Source: Podarcis vaucheri
Taxonomy: Eukaryota
Assembly (NCBI GenBank): GCA_965113315.1
Contig: OZ220367.1
Length of the DNA: 64,000 bases
Strand: one strand, 5' to 3'
The translations under genes were made by a program, and so were the position numbers. The notes under the pieces are model-generated. The model was not told the origin of the DNA. It worked only from the letters and a program-made list of their open reading frames with translations, and searched no databases. Each line of letters opens with the position of its first letter. Position 1 is the stretch's first letter. Of the stretch, positions 27,201-35,542 are shown piece by piece.

Positions 27201-28272
27201 TATTAAGGCAGCATTTCAGAGGGTGCATAATTCTAACCTTACGGCTAAACTTCTTTGCACCCACTTTGGCTGTGCGATGCCAGAAGTAAACCCAGAGAAC
27301 ACATGTAAGACACCTTACTATATAAAGGAGCTATGCTAGCTAGTGCTTAGGTGCATTGAGCTTGGTCGATGGACATGGGTTTTTCTGCTGTTCAACAGGC
27401 ACCCAGGTTTGGCAGCACTGCTGAAAGGTTGCATTGTCCTGCCATCTGGTTCCAGTATAAGCAATTGGGGGTTATAGTACTCTTCTTTTTAATTCCCTTG
27501 CCCACATTAGGGTTGAGGGAGCTTAGCATGCATTCTGGAAAGCCTTTGAGGAAGCTGTCATATATCCCATTGACATTCTCTTTCTTTTACTAGGGATGGT
27601 GCCATGGAAAATATGGAACTGTAAGTATCTTTTCATACCTCCTGTCTATGTTTGGTGTAGAGTTCAAAAGAAAGCCGCCCTAGATGTAGGAAATGACCAT
27701 GCAATTTAAGTAACAGGAAGGAGGTCCAGTACTGGAGAAAGGTGCTAAACAAGACCATTTTGGGAAAGGAGCTCTGCCAATTCAAAGTATGAAGCTCTCT
27801 TGCTTTGGTGTTGGTGTCTGAGACAGAAGACATTTAATGCTCTGCAGGGTATGCTTTTGGTCTTCTTTGCGCTAAGCTGAGCTTTCTGTTGCATGCTGGC
27901 CCCAGCTGCACAGAGGCAGTCCCTGGGGTGCTGGTAAGAGGAAGTATGGCTGGCATTGTGCACAGAACCCACCAAATCCTATCTGGGCATGAACTGAATC
28001 TTAGCTGCAGGGAATGCTTTTACAGTGGGTGGGGGCTAGGAAAGTATTCATCCCCACTTCCACTACAGGCCAATAAGATTCATATAGACCAGAGAGATTT
28101 CTCCAAGTGTCAGTAGTTTTTTTAATAAAATCCTTATTAGAAACCCCTTTCCGCTTCATGCCCTGCTCAACCACCTAGCCTCAAGCTTACAGCGCTCTTT
28201 CTACTTTTCTCCCTTTGCAGATCAAGGCCACCACATATGTTCAAAATGCCCCGAGCAGAGCTGAGGAACTAG
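6218..28272 (+). CDS. Prominin-family pentaspan membrane glycoprotein gene (prominin-like, probably prominin-3 type); 23 coding exons in window, first coding exon missing
   Basis: Hand-spliced exons with GT-AG junctions and consistent phases total 2288 nt in one open frame ending TAG at 28272. Shows the prominin Cys cluster [11 protein letters not shown], five hydrophobic segments and the LAKFYRRM motif after TM5. Confidence 0.93.
6438..6475 (+). repeat. (CAAA)n microsatellite
   Basis: About 9 perfect units. Confidence 0.9.
7227..7432 (+). CDS. prominin-like exon, TM1, Cys-rich loop, TM2
   Basis: [40 protein letters not shown]...; tag| and |gtgagt. Confidence 0.95.
7638..7995 (-). mobile_element. 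Sauria SINE
   Basis: Same body and tail; 14-bp TSD TGAGGGATGAGGTT (7624-7637, 7996-8009). Confidence 0.92.
9205..9433 (-). mobile_element. tRNA-derived SINE, Squam3-like
   Basis: Minus strand starts GAGAGCCAGTGTGGTGTAGTGGTTAAGAG (A-box-like) and has a B-box-like GGTTCGCGTC and a (CTT)n tail. Confidence 0.75.
9650..9770 (+). CDS. prominin-like exon ([10 protein letters not shown]...FLNSIPK)
   Basis: cag|/|gtatat, phase 2-0. Confidence 0.92.
11319..11382 (+). CDS. prominin-like exon ([21 protein letters not shown])
   Basis: cag|/|gtgagt, 64 nt, phase 0-1. Confidence 0.9.
12105..12194 (+). CDS. prominin-like exon ([15 protein letters not shown]...HLLN)
   Basis: cag|/|gtactg, 90 nt, phase 1-1. 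Confidence 0.9.
12326..13229. mobile_element. Non-autonomous hAT (Charlie-like) DNA transposon with GC-rich interior
   Basis: Perfect 15-bp TIR CAGTGTTTCCCAACC/GGTTGGGAAACACTG; perfect 8-bp TSD GTTTAGAG. Confidence 0.92.
13238..13378. mobile_element. Short palindromic MITE-like repeat (related copies about 23408-23520, 29200-29330, 50245-50380)
   Basis: TCCAGATGTTGTTGGGACTCCAACTCCCATCAG...GGGAACTGTAGTCCAGCAACTTCTGGA internal inverted repeat, multiple copies. Confidence 0.65.
13870..14150 (+). mobile_element. L2/CR1-clade LINE 3' end fragment
   Basis: Translates to [14 protein letters not shown]...FRRHLK (typical L2 ORF2 C-terminus) followed by a (TTTA)n tail. Confidence 0.7.
14255..14445 (+). 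CDS. prominin-like exon ([14 protein letters not shown]...CGAPC...ANLSV)
   Basis: cag|/|gtaaaa, phase 1-0. Confidence 0.9.
14841..14915 (+). CDS. prominin-like exon ([11 protein letters not shown]...TIAK)
   Basis: cag|/|gtaaca, 75 nt. Confidence 0.9.
15250..15475 (+). mobile_element. Tc1/mariner-pogo-type MITE
   Basis: TIR CAGTGGTACC.../...TTACCACTG with TA duplication; family copies at 26650, 39483, 58184. Confidence 0.85.
15557..15620 (+). CDS. prominin-like exon ([21 protein letters not shown])
   Basis: cag|/|gtaagt, 64 nt, supplies the required phase 0-1 link. Confidence 0.88.
16908..17067 (+). CDS. prominin-like exon ([10 protein letters not shown]...TYDSYR)
   Basis: cag|/|gtatga, phase 1-2. 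Confidence 0.9.
17623..17775 (+). CDS. prominin-like exon, TM3 ([11 protein letters not shown]...NTGGDLLM)
   Basis: tag|/|gtaaga; conserved [12 protein letters not shown] motif. Confidence 0.95.
17895..18030 (-). mobile_element. tRNA-derived SINE (same family as 50435 and 57417)
   Basis: Reverse complement of the GCATGCAGAAGGT(T/C)C-containing SINE head. Confidence 0.6.
18512..18635 (+). CDS. prominin-like exon, TM4 ([24 protein letters not shown]...)
   Basis: cag|/|gtaagt. Confidence 0.95.
18981..19072 (+). CDS. prominin-like exon ([14 protein letters not shown]...)
   Basis: tag|/|gtgagt; conserved LDTP. Confidence 0.92.
19380..19590 (-). mobile_element. Degenerate L1-type LINE ORF2 C-terminal fragment
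   Basis: [36 protein letters not shown] resembles the non-mammalian L1 ORF2 region preceding the zinc knuckle. Confidence 0.65.
19600..20195. mobile_element. Tc1/mariner-type MITE interrupted by a solo LTR
   Basis: ta|CAGTCGTACC ... GACTG|ta termini. Confidence 0.7.
19679..20055. mobile_element. Putative solo LTR (377 bp)
   Basis: TG...CA termini, imperfect terminal IR, 5-bp TSD CGTGG on both sides. Confidence 0.75.
20528..20612 (+). CDS. prominin-like exon ([14 protein letters not shown]...NTSK)
   Basis: cag|/|gtcagt, phase 2-0. Confidence 0.92.
20827..20973 (+). CDS. prominin-like exon ([15 protein letters not shown]...ALKQ)
   Basis: cag|/|gtgaga. Confidence 0.9.
21920..21991 (+). CDS. 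prominin-like exon ([24 protein letters not shown])
   Basis: cag|/|gtgagt. Confidence 0.9.
22696..22791 (+). CDS. prominin-like exon ([21 protein letters not shown]...)
   Basis: cag|/|gtgagt, 96 nt. Confidence 0.88.
22989..23042 (+). CDS. prominin-like exon ([18 protein letters not shown])
   Basis: cag|/|gtaagc, 54 nt, position matches the prominin exon pattern. Confidence 0.85.
23712..23792 (+). CDS. prominin-like exon ([14 protein letters not shown]...VVKN)
   Basis: cag|/|gtgagt, 81 nt. Confidence 0.88.
24225..24293 (+). CDS. prominin-like exon ([23 protein letters not shown])
   Basis: tag|/|gtaagt; conserved YIxW. Confidence 0.92.
24615..24757. mobile_element. Tc1/mariner-type MITE
   Basis: CTGCATTTTTCCATCTATAAGA / TCTTATACATGGAAAAATACGG inverted ends with TA flanks. 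Confidence 0.7.
25672..25761 (+). CDS. prominin-like exon ([17 protein letters not shown]...VNSL)
   Basis: cag|/|gtgagg; conserved CxP. Confidence 0.93.
26210..26322 (+). CDS. prominin-like exon, TM5 ([31 protein letters not shown]...)
   Basis: tag|/|gtgagg; canonical prominin TM5 motif. Confidence 0.95.
26650..26897 (+). mobile_element. Tc1/mariner-pogo-type MITE
   Basis: CAGTGGTACCT...AGGTACCACTG, TA TSD. Confidence 0.88.
27594..27620 (+). CDS. prominin-like 27-nt microexon (DGAMENME)
   Basis: Strong pyrimidine tract + tag|, |gtaagt, phase 2-2. Confidence 0.8.
28221..28272 (+). CDS. prominin-like terminal coding exon ([16 protein letters not shown])
   Basis: cttttctccctttgcag| acceptor, in frame to TAG. 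Confidence 0.8.
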
Positions 28273-31200
28273 CAGTTACCTTACCAATTACCTTGCCACC
28301 TATCGTTCTTGAGCAACACTGAGGATGACACATGAATGTCTGCAGAACTGCTTTGCTTCTCTTCCCAATGCGGAGCATAAGGATCACCACTCAGAAGCAA
28401 ATTCTCCCTGGCCAAGTTGGCTTATCCTGCGAATGACACCATTAGGGGTAGCTGCAAGACATGTTACACAAGAGCAGGCCTAGCTGTGTTCCCAATACAT
28501 AGCCCCACGTGTGTGTGTGTGTGTGTTCTGTGTGTTTCTATCCTAAAGACTAGTCTCTGCACTATGACATTTCTGCAAAGCCACAATCCTCCCATTGGGA
28601 CTGTAGCTCCTTATGCCACACTGTGGCAATGATAAGTATTCTGGAGAGCCTGCCTCTTCTTTGAACACCAGTGCCTTACACAGTTATATGCCATTGAATG
28701 ATCCTGCTGGCTTGGGTTGATGGCTGACTGTGCTTGCTTTCTGTCCATAATAATGATGGTGGCTCCAGCGAATGCAATTAATCCACCCAAAAGCAGCAAA
28801 ACTCTTTCCCTGTCCCCATCTCTATTTGGGGTTCAGGAATGCCGCCTGATGCAGCTGAATCCAGGATTTTGTGTGACACAGCTAAAATGACTGGTTGGGG
28901 AAGCGTTTTGGCAATTCAATTATGGGCATTACAAGAAGCATCATGCTGAGCAACATGACAATCCTCCCGCAAGGAAGTGGGAGCTGACTTGTGTTTTATT
29001 GGGACTACTTTTATTTTTTTAACCCTCTATGGTTTTCTACTGTGTGTTTAAATTTACAAAGCAAAATCGTGTGCTCTAAATCTCTTAATAATGAAGGTAT
29101 AACTGAATTGTGTACAATGCATTGACAATGCACTCTTATTTAAAAATGCTAAATAGTGCCTTGCTGTCTCAGGGCAATTTCTATCTATCCTTTACAACAG
29201 GGGTGAGGATCTTGTGGCCTTCCAGATGTTGTCTGACTCCAGCTCCCATTAGCCCTAGCGATCATGGCAAATGATAAGGACTTATGGAAGCTGTAGTCCA
29301 GCAACATCTGGAGGGCCATTCTCCATTCCTGCTTAACAAGAATCCCAGCAACCAGCAAGTGATAGGTGGTCCCACCTTCTCCCCATCCCTACTCTAGACT
29401 GGAAAGAAAGGAGCAAGTACTGTATAGCAAAAGGAGGCTTAGCTAAAAAACAACAACCAAACAACGCATACTGTATGGTTCTGCTAATCCACATGTGCAG
29501 AAAGCACATGTTGCCTTAGGCCACTCGTCAGCAACCTGTCCTCCAGATGTTTCAGACGGTGATTTCCCAAGGCAGTACCATTGCTGAGGCCAATGGGAAA
29601 TGCAGTCCTAAACATCTGAAAATCACCAAGTTAGCAAAGGCTGTTCTAAATTGGTGGCTAGAACACTTTTCCACATTTCATGTCGTCCCTTGCTATCTCA
29701 GGACATGCATTTGTATGTTCCTCTATTGTATGAACTTCTTCTACCCCCCTCCTTGATTTGCAGTCTTTGGCATTTTATATTTTCCCAAAACAATGAATTT
29801 ATACAAATGCATCGTGCCAAAAAAAAGTAGGTCTCACTGCGGACCGAAAACTCTAGTAGAACTGGGAATGGTCTCAGCCTAACTTTCATGCCTTCAATCT
29901 AAACTGAGGGTGGAACTAAGGCGAACTTCTGTCTGTGGAAGGATTTTTCCTTGTGCAACAAGAGTGTTCTCCCACTAAATCTGTTTTAGGGGTTCCCCCA
30001 ATCCTTGGGAGAAAATTTGGGGGGGGTGCAGGACATGCACGGGGGTAGGGGGGAAGTCCTGTTTGTGCAAGTGGAGACCGTTCTGCTTGTGAAATAATTT
30101 AGTTGAGCATTGCCCATGTGGTAGTAAAGCTTGTCTCTCTTTAATGGGTTACAAGCTTTCAATAAGAAATCCAAGAAGTAATCAGAAACAGCATGTGCCA
30201 GATTCCAAGATACATTGTACTACCTCCTTTAACAACCACCAGTGGGTTGTACATTCCACCAGAAATGCTGGTCTAAATGTACGTAGAATGTTTATTGCCA
30301 AGGTTAGGAGTCTAGGTAGGCTGTATGTTTTTAAAATTTGGTCTCTGTTATTGTAGTGATGTATTTTCCCAGGTGGAAAGAAGCCTCCCATGCACCCCAT
30401 TCCTGTTTCTAATAAATTTCAGTTTGGATTCCTGCTGTGGGTAGATAAGCATTATTGACACGCTTGGCTTCTGATCCAGTGGCAGCTCCTTGAAAGTGGC
30501 GCGTTGCTCTTGCTGCATTTGGGCTGCTGTCTGAGAACTTAATCATAGCTGAGGTTGGACAAATTCCCTAGTTAATGAGAAGAGTTCTTTTCCTGATGAT
30601 GCATTTTTATTCAGTATTTTTAAAGATTGGTACAGAATTACTGTATGAGATCCAGCTGCCTTTTCAGTATGTGTGTTATAGGGAGTCTGCAGCATTTTTG
30701 TTGCTAGGAAAATGAAATCTCCTCCGAATTGCTAGCATATCACTGGCTATACTTGCTATTAAGAACGATGTGGTTATGAGGTCACATCAGGCATATAGTG
30801 GCTATTTCCTACAGCATCACTGAGAAGAGCAGATAGTCCAAATGTCATTTTGTAAACTGTAGGAGGCACTGTATGCCCACTATAATTGATCAGTGAGGGA
30901 GGTTTCAAAGCCCTATTAAAGCTAATAAAAGCCAGCTTCTTATTGGCAGCTGTACCCTCCCTAAACAACACCTATTCTTTAGTACTGCCCTGTACCACCA
31001 AAATGCTATAACCCTTCCAACACCATTCTATTTAGTATCCATTTCAGTTTTGAGTCTTTTATAACCTCTCATATGGGTCTTCATCTACCTTAAAAACAAA
31101 CTGGGGTGGCGGTTCCCAATTCATCAGTGCTATCCTTTAATTCCAATACCAAGGGGCGAGGTATTATGCTATTACTGCTGGATCAAGATATACCAGCACA

Positions 31201-34200
31201 GATGTTCAGCAGGATATTTTTAACCATCTGGGGAAAAGACTACATTGCAACAGAACTTACTTCCTGAAATGTTTTACAACCCTCTCAGAAAATGTGGTAG
31301 GTGAATTCTGAAGTGTAAGAAAAGCCTAGCTGGACAAATTTTTTAAATAAAAAATAAATGAGAGAGAGAGAGGAGGGTACACTACTGTGTAGCAGCCATA
31401 CAGCTCGAGGGCTGACATTTGTGTACTGATTTGTAAGTGTGCAAATTCCTGGTAAGTGTTGTGTAGGGAGAAGAGGTGCCCAGGAGTCACAATCAAGACT
31501 TAAGATGGTTAGAAAGATATGCTGAAGCAGGTGGGGAACATCTGGCCTGGAGAGCAAAAGATTCCCATACATATGCTGCAGTCATGTAAAACACAAGGAA
31601 CAAGTATGCCATAAGAAACGGGAAGCATTTATCACTGCAACATCACAGTCTGCAAAGTATCCCTAACTGTGCTCACTAGCATGGCAAAGCAGAGAACATA
31701 TGAAAACTCACAAGAAGGTATAGTTAACCTTAGTGGGAAGTAATTCTATATTATTATGTGCAGGATGGGAAATATCTACCATACCGATTCTCTGTGGCAT
31801 TTCCAAAGTGCAAAAACAGTGGCACTTCCAATTGCCAAGCTCTACAAGATTTCAAATGAAAATGAAAACGAAAGTCTGTTTGAGTGGTACTAGATAATCC
31901 AGGAATCATGCTGTAAAGCCACAGGATCAGAAGTGGGAAGTGATTAGCAATCTGGAGTGAAGTATCTACCCCCACTTTTCCTCCCTTGATCTTGCTGTAG
32001 TAATAAGCCGCTTGAATTAAATGCCACAACCCACCCATACCCAAAGTATGTGTGATACTACAGTTCTCTGTGTGAGTAAAAGCGCTCTTCTAGCATTTTC
32101 TATAATTATTGGATGATCCATTTGTCTTTTTATATCACTTCCGCGCATTCAGACTTTCCATTACTTTTTATAAGGTATAAGCCAGGGCTAAAGTATTGGA
32201 AAATTAAAGTGGTGGAAGAACTACTGTAGAGAAACGGCTCCGTGAGAAATAAGGGTCACAAAATCTAGTGCTGCCTTGTTGGACTGGAAGTTGCTCCTCC
32301 TGTGCCCACTGACTGGAAGTGATCCAAGAGTGGTATTCAACTGAACTTTACTCAGAAATTGATGAACATGAGTAAGCCAGAAATTTCAATGGGCCTACTC
32401 AACTTTGTTGAATACTGCCCTGCCTATTTTGTGACTCTCTTAAAATGAGCTAGTAGCTGCCGCTGCCAAGTACAGTATGAGACGGTCAGGAAGCTGAAGT
32501 CTGTCATTGGATCTTTACAAATACAAAGAGTGTGTAGAGAGGAGAGCAAATAACTACGAGGTCTTCTAATAGGTAACTCCTGCAAACACTGCTATTAAAT
32601 ATAATCTTGGGATTCTATTGCACTGGATTGGCTAGGGCTCTTTCAGTAGTGGAATACCACCACCCCAATCCATTGTATTCTGGTTTCCATCAAAGGAATA
32701 GATACAAAGCCAGGACATCCTTTAGGAAAAGGCACCCCTGGAAGCATAATAATCAGTATTACATGCTGCTGCTTATAAAATAAAGAAAAAATCCAGACCA
32801 AGGAGGCTGCTTGTTCTTTATGTATAAAGAGACATCACATGCTACTCCCCTCTTGTTATAAAATGAAATCCTATTTCAAGCTGGTTTGCAACCATTTACC
32901 TATTGCTTCTCCCTTCCCTCCTGCACTTGTGTAGCTCTTGTCAAATCTCTTTACATCTCCCCCCTTCACTTGAAGGGACACTTTTAACCTCTCCTTTGTT
33001 GGAGGCAACTGTGAGGGAATCTAAAAGGTAGACTATGACCCCCATAACTGCTTTCACAGAAGAAGCTGGGCAGCTGCCAGCACAGCTCTTGTGCTATGAA
33101 TAAGCAGACAAAAGGTGCATTGATTGCTAGCAGAACAGCCTGCCCGCTGCAGCTTTCCTTCCCAGCAATGGTTTGCTTTTTAGTGGAGGGACTTTTTCTG
33201 GGTCAGGCTGCAATTTATCTGCTGGGATTGTTCCCCATTAACAAGTGAGGCCGAGCCTGAATCAACAGAAAAGGCACACACAGCTGGGTGCCCAACAATA
33301 CATATGCCAGGTACTTCACAGCCACAGATGAGTCCTCTTCAAGGTTGTTTACCTTTTAATACTGCATACAGCACACAGGATTCAAAAACAAGAATCTCAT
33401 TAAAAACAGAATAAACTTGCCAAGATTAGCATAAAAATTGTTTCTGCCAAGTTACTCAGGATGGGCAGGGCAAACACACCATACAAGGACCATTATGCGG
33501 GCAGTTTCTCTTAATCCTCTGCCTAAGAGGCCCCACTGGGCCATCAAAGGGAAGCTTGTGAATCCCAGCACTGTCAAAACCTTTAAAAAAATTTTTTTTT
33601 AGGTTTTGCAGAGAGGAGGAGGTTTGTGCAGTGCTTGGGAAAAGAAAGCCCACTCCTCTTTACAAGAACCCACACATTCCTCTTAAGTTTTCAGGTATGA
33701 AGGACAAGGTGATTTACTCTCGTCTTATCTTTATATATATATATTTAAAAAGGCTCCAGGCTGAGGAAGCGTATTATGGGTTCCCTGAAAGCCTGAAAAA
33801 AACTTGTAAACAGTATTGCTGATGTGGATTAAGTAGGTTTGGAACAAGTCCTCCATTTGTGCTGGTTTTGGAAGGCAACTCCCAGTAACACAATTATACC
33901 TCTGCATGTCAAGTATTGACAAACTGGTCACTGGTCAGTATTGGTATGGCTTTCCTCATTCTCTGACAGAAGGGGGCAAGATCCAAAGCTGCCCTTGTGT
34001 TCTGCTACTTATCCATTTCCCCAGCCCAGGAAAGGCTAATCTGCAGCACCAAAAAGACGTATTTGCTCTGCACAGGAAAAATCCAGATTGCTAAGGCGCT
34101 GCTGCAGCATCAGGCTTGGGCTGAGGCAGAATACATGTGATCTGCTTGGAATCCAGGCAGCTCAGTCTCAGGGCAGGGTCCTGTCTTACAAAGGGTCATA

Positions 34201-35542
34201 AGCCTACAGAAAATTACCCACCCAATTCAACAGGCGTAAAGAATCCAGACAACACTGTGAGTAATAAAGCCTTCCACACCCCATTTTTGGCTGGCAAACC
34301 CATCCATTGAGTTTGAAAATTGAACTGCATGGTGACTTGCTGCTTACACTCAATAAGCCACCTCTCTCCTTTGTACTATATTGGGGAACCTTTGCAATTA
34401 AAAAAAAAGTGATTTCAGCAATTTCATAAGGTTTAAAATGTTTTCTCCCACCTGCAAAAAGAAAAACCCACTCCTGTCTGGAAATGTTAAAATTTACTCT
34501 TCCTGCCCCATCTATGTAAGGCGGCTTCAGTGATGAAAGTCTCATTAGGTGAGAATATTCCTCATTCCCAATGGCAGTTATTCTTAGGCAGAATGAAGGA
34601 AATGCAAGACACTAACAAGCATTACTGTCTTGCTCCAAGTCCCCATTATTCTTCCTCTATAATAGAGATATATTTGATTTAAGCCTACAGACAGCGTGGG
34701 GTCCCAAACATGAGGCAAGGGTTACACTACTCTGCAAGTGTACAGGACATGCCCTACCCCTGGGAACTGCAGAGCTCCTTCTATTGACAACCTCCACTTT
34801 TCTTTTTTTATAAAAAGCAAAAGATAAAACCACTCTAGGGGACAAAGGTGTGCACACACATTTGCAGAGGGGCTTCCCCAGTTGCAGGTAAATAATGCAT
34901 ATTTAAACACATCAGAGGAGTGAGCTGTGGATTATCAGCCAGAGAAGCAGACAGAGGACATGCTTTCCGTCAGGGACTTTCCAAAATGCTGGTCTCAGGG
35001 GGAAGTAATACTGGTCAGTGAAACTTGGCAACATACAGGATGGCATATTTCCAGGAGCAATCCCTGCACTTTAAAAGGTAGCTACTAAAGCATATTGATG
35101 GAAGTTCAAGATGCGCATCCTTAAGGTAGTCAAAGCAAGGCAACTCCCCAGTGACACTAAGCTCGCATGCAAATCCGTCAGATGCATGTAGACTAGCATT
35201 TTACCAAAAGGCAGAGGAGGTTTAACAAAACCCAAGCCCACCAGCATCATTCACAAATGGAAGGGAACACACCAGCAGCAGTTCTTCAGCTAGTCTCAAC
35301 TGTGTGAGCTCAATAGTTTAGCTCCTATGTGACTTTCTCTGCTCTTGTTTAAGGCACCAGAAACACCCAACCCTTGCTACAAGCTCTGCACTCTTCCAAA
35401 AAACCCATTGGCAATGCAATAAACTTTGGGATTTACCTCCCACTTTGGCAGAGGCAGCTTGCTGATGCAGGGCCTAAGTGGATACACAGGCTGAAGGCTC
35501 CTGACCCCACCAGGCCCTTTTGCCTGTTCCCACCTCTAAGCT

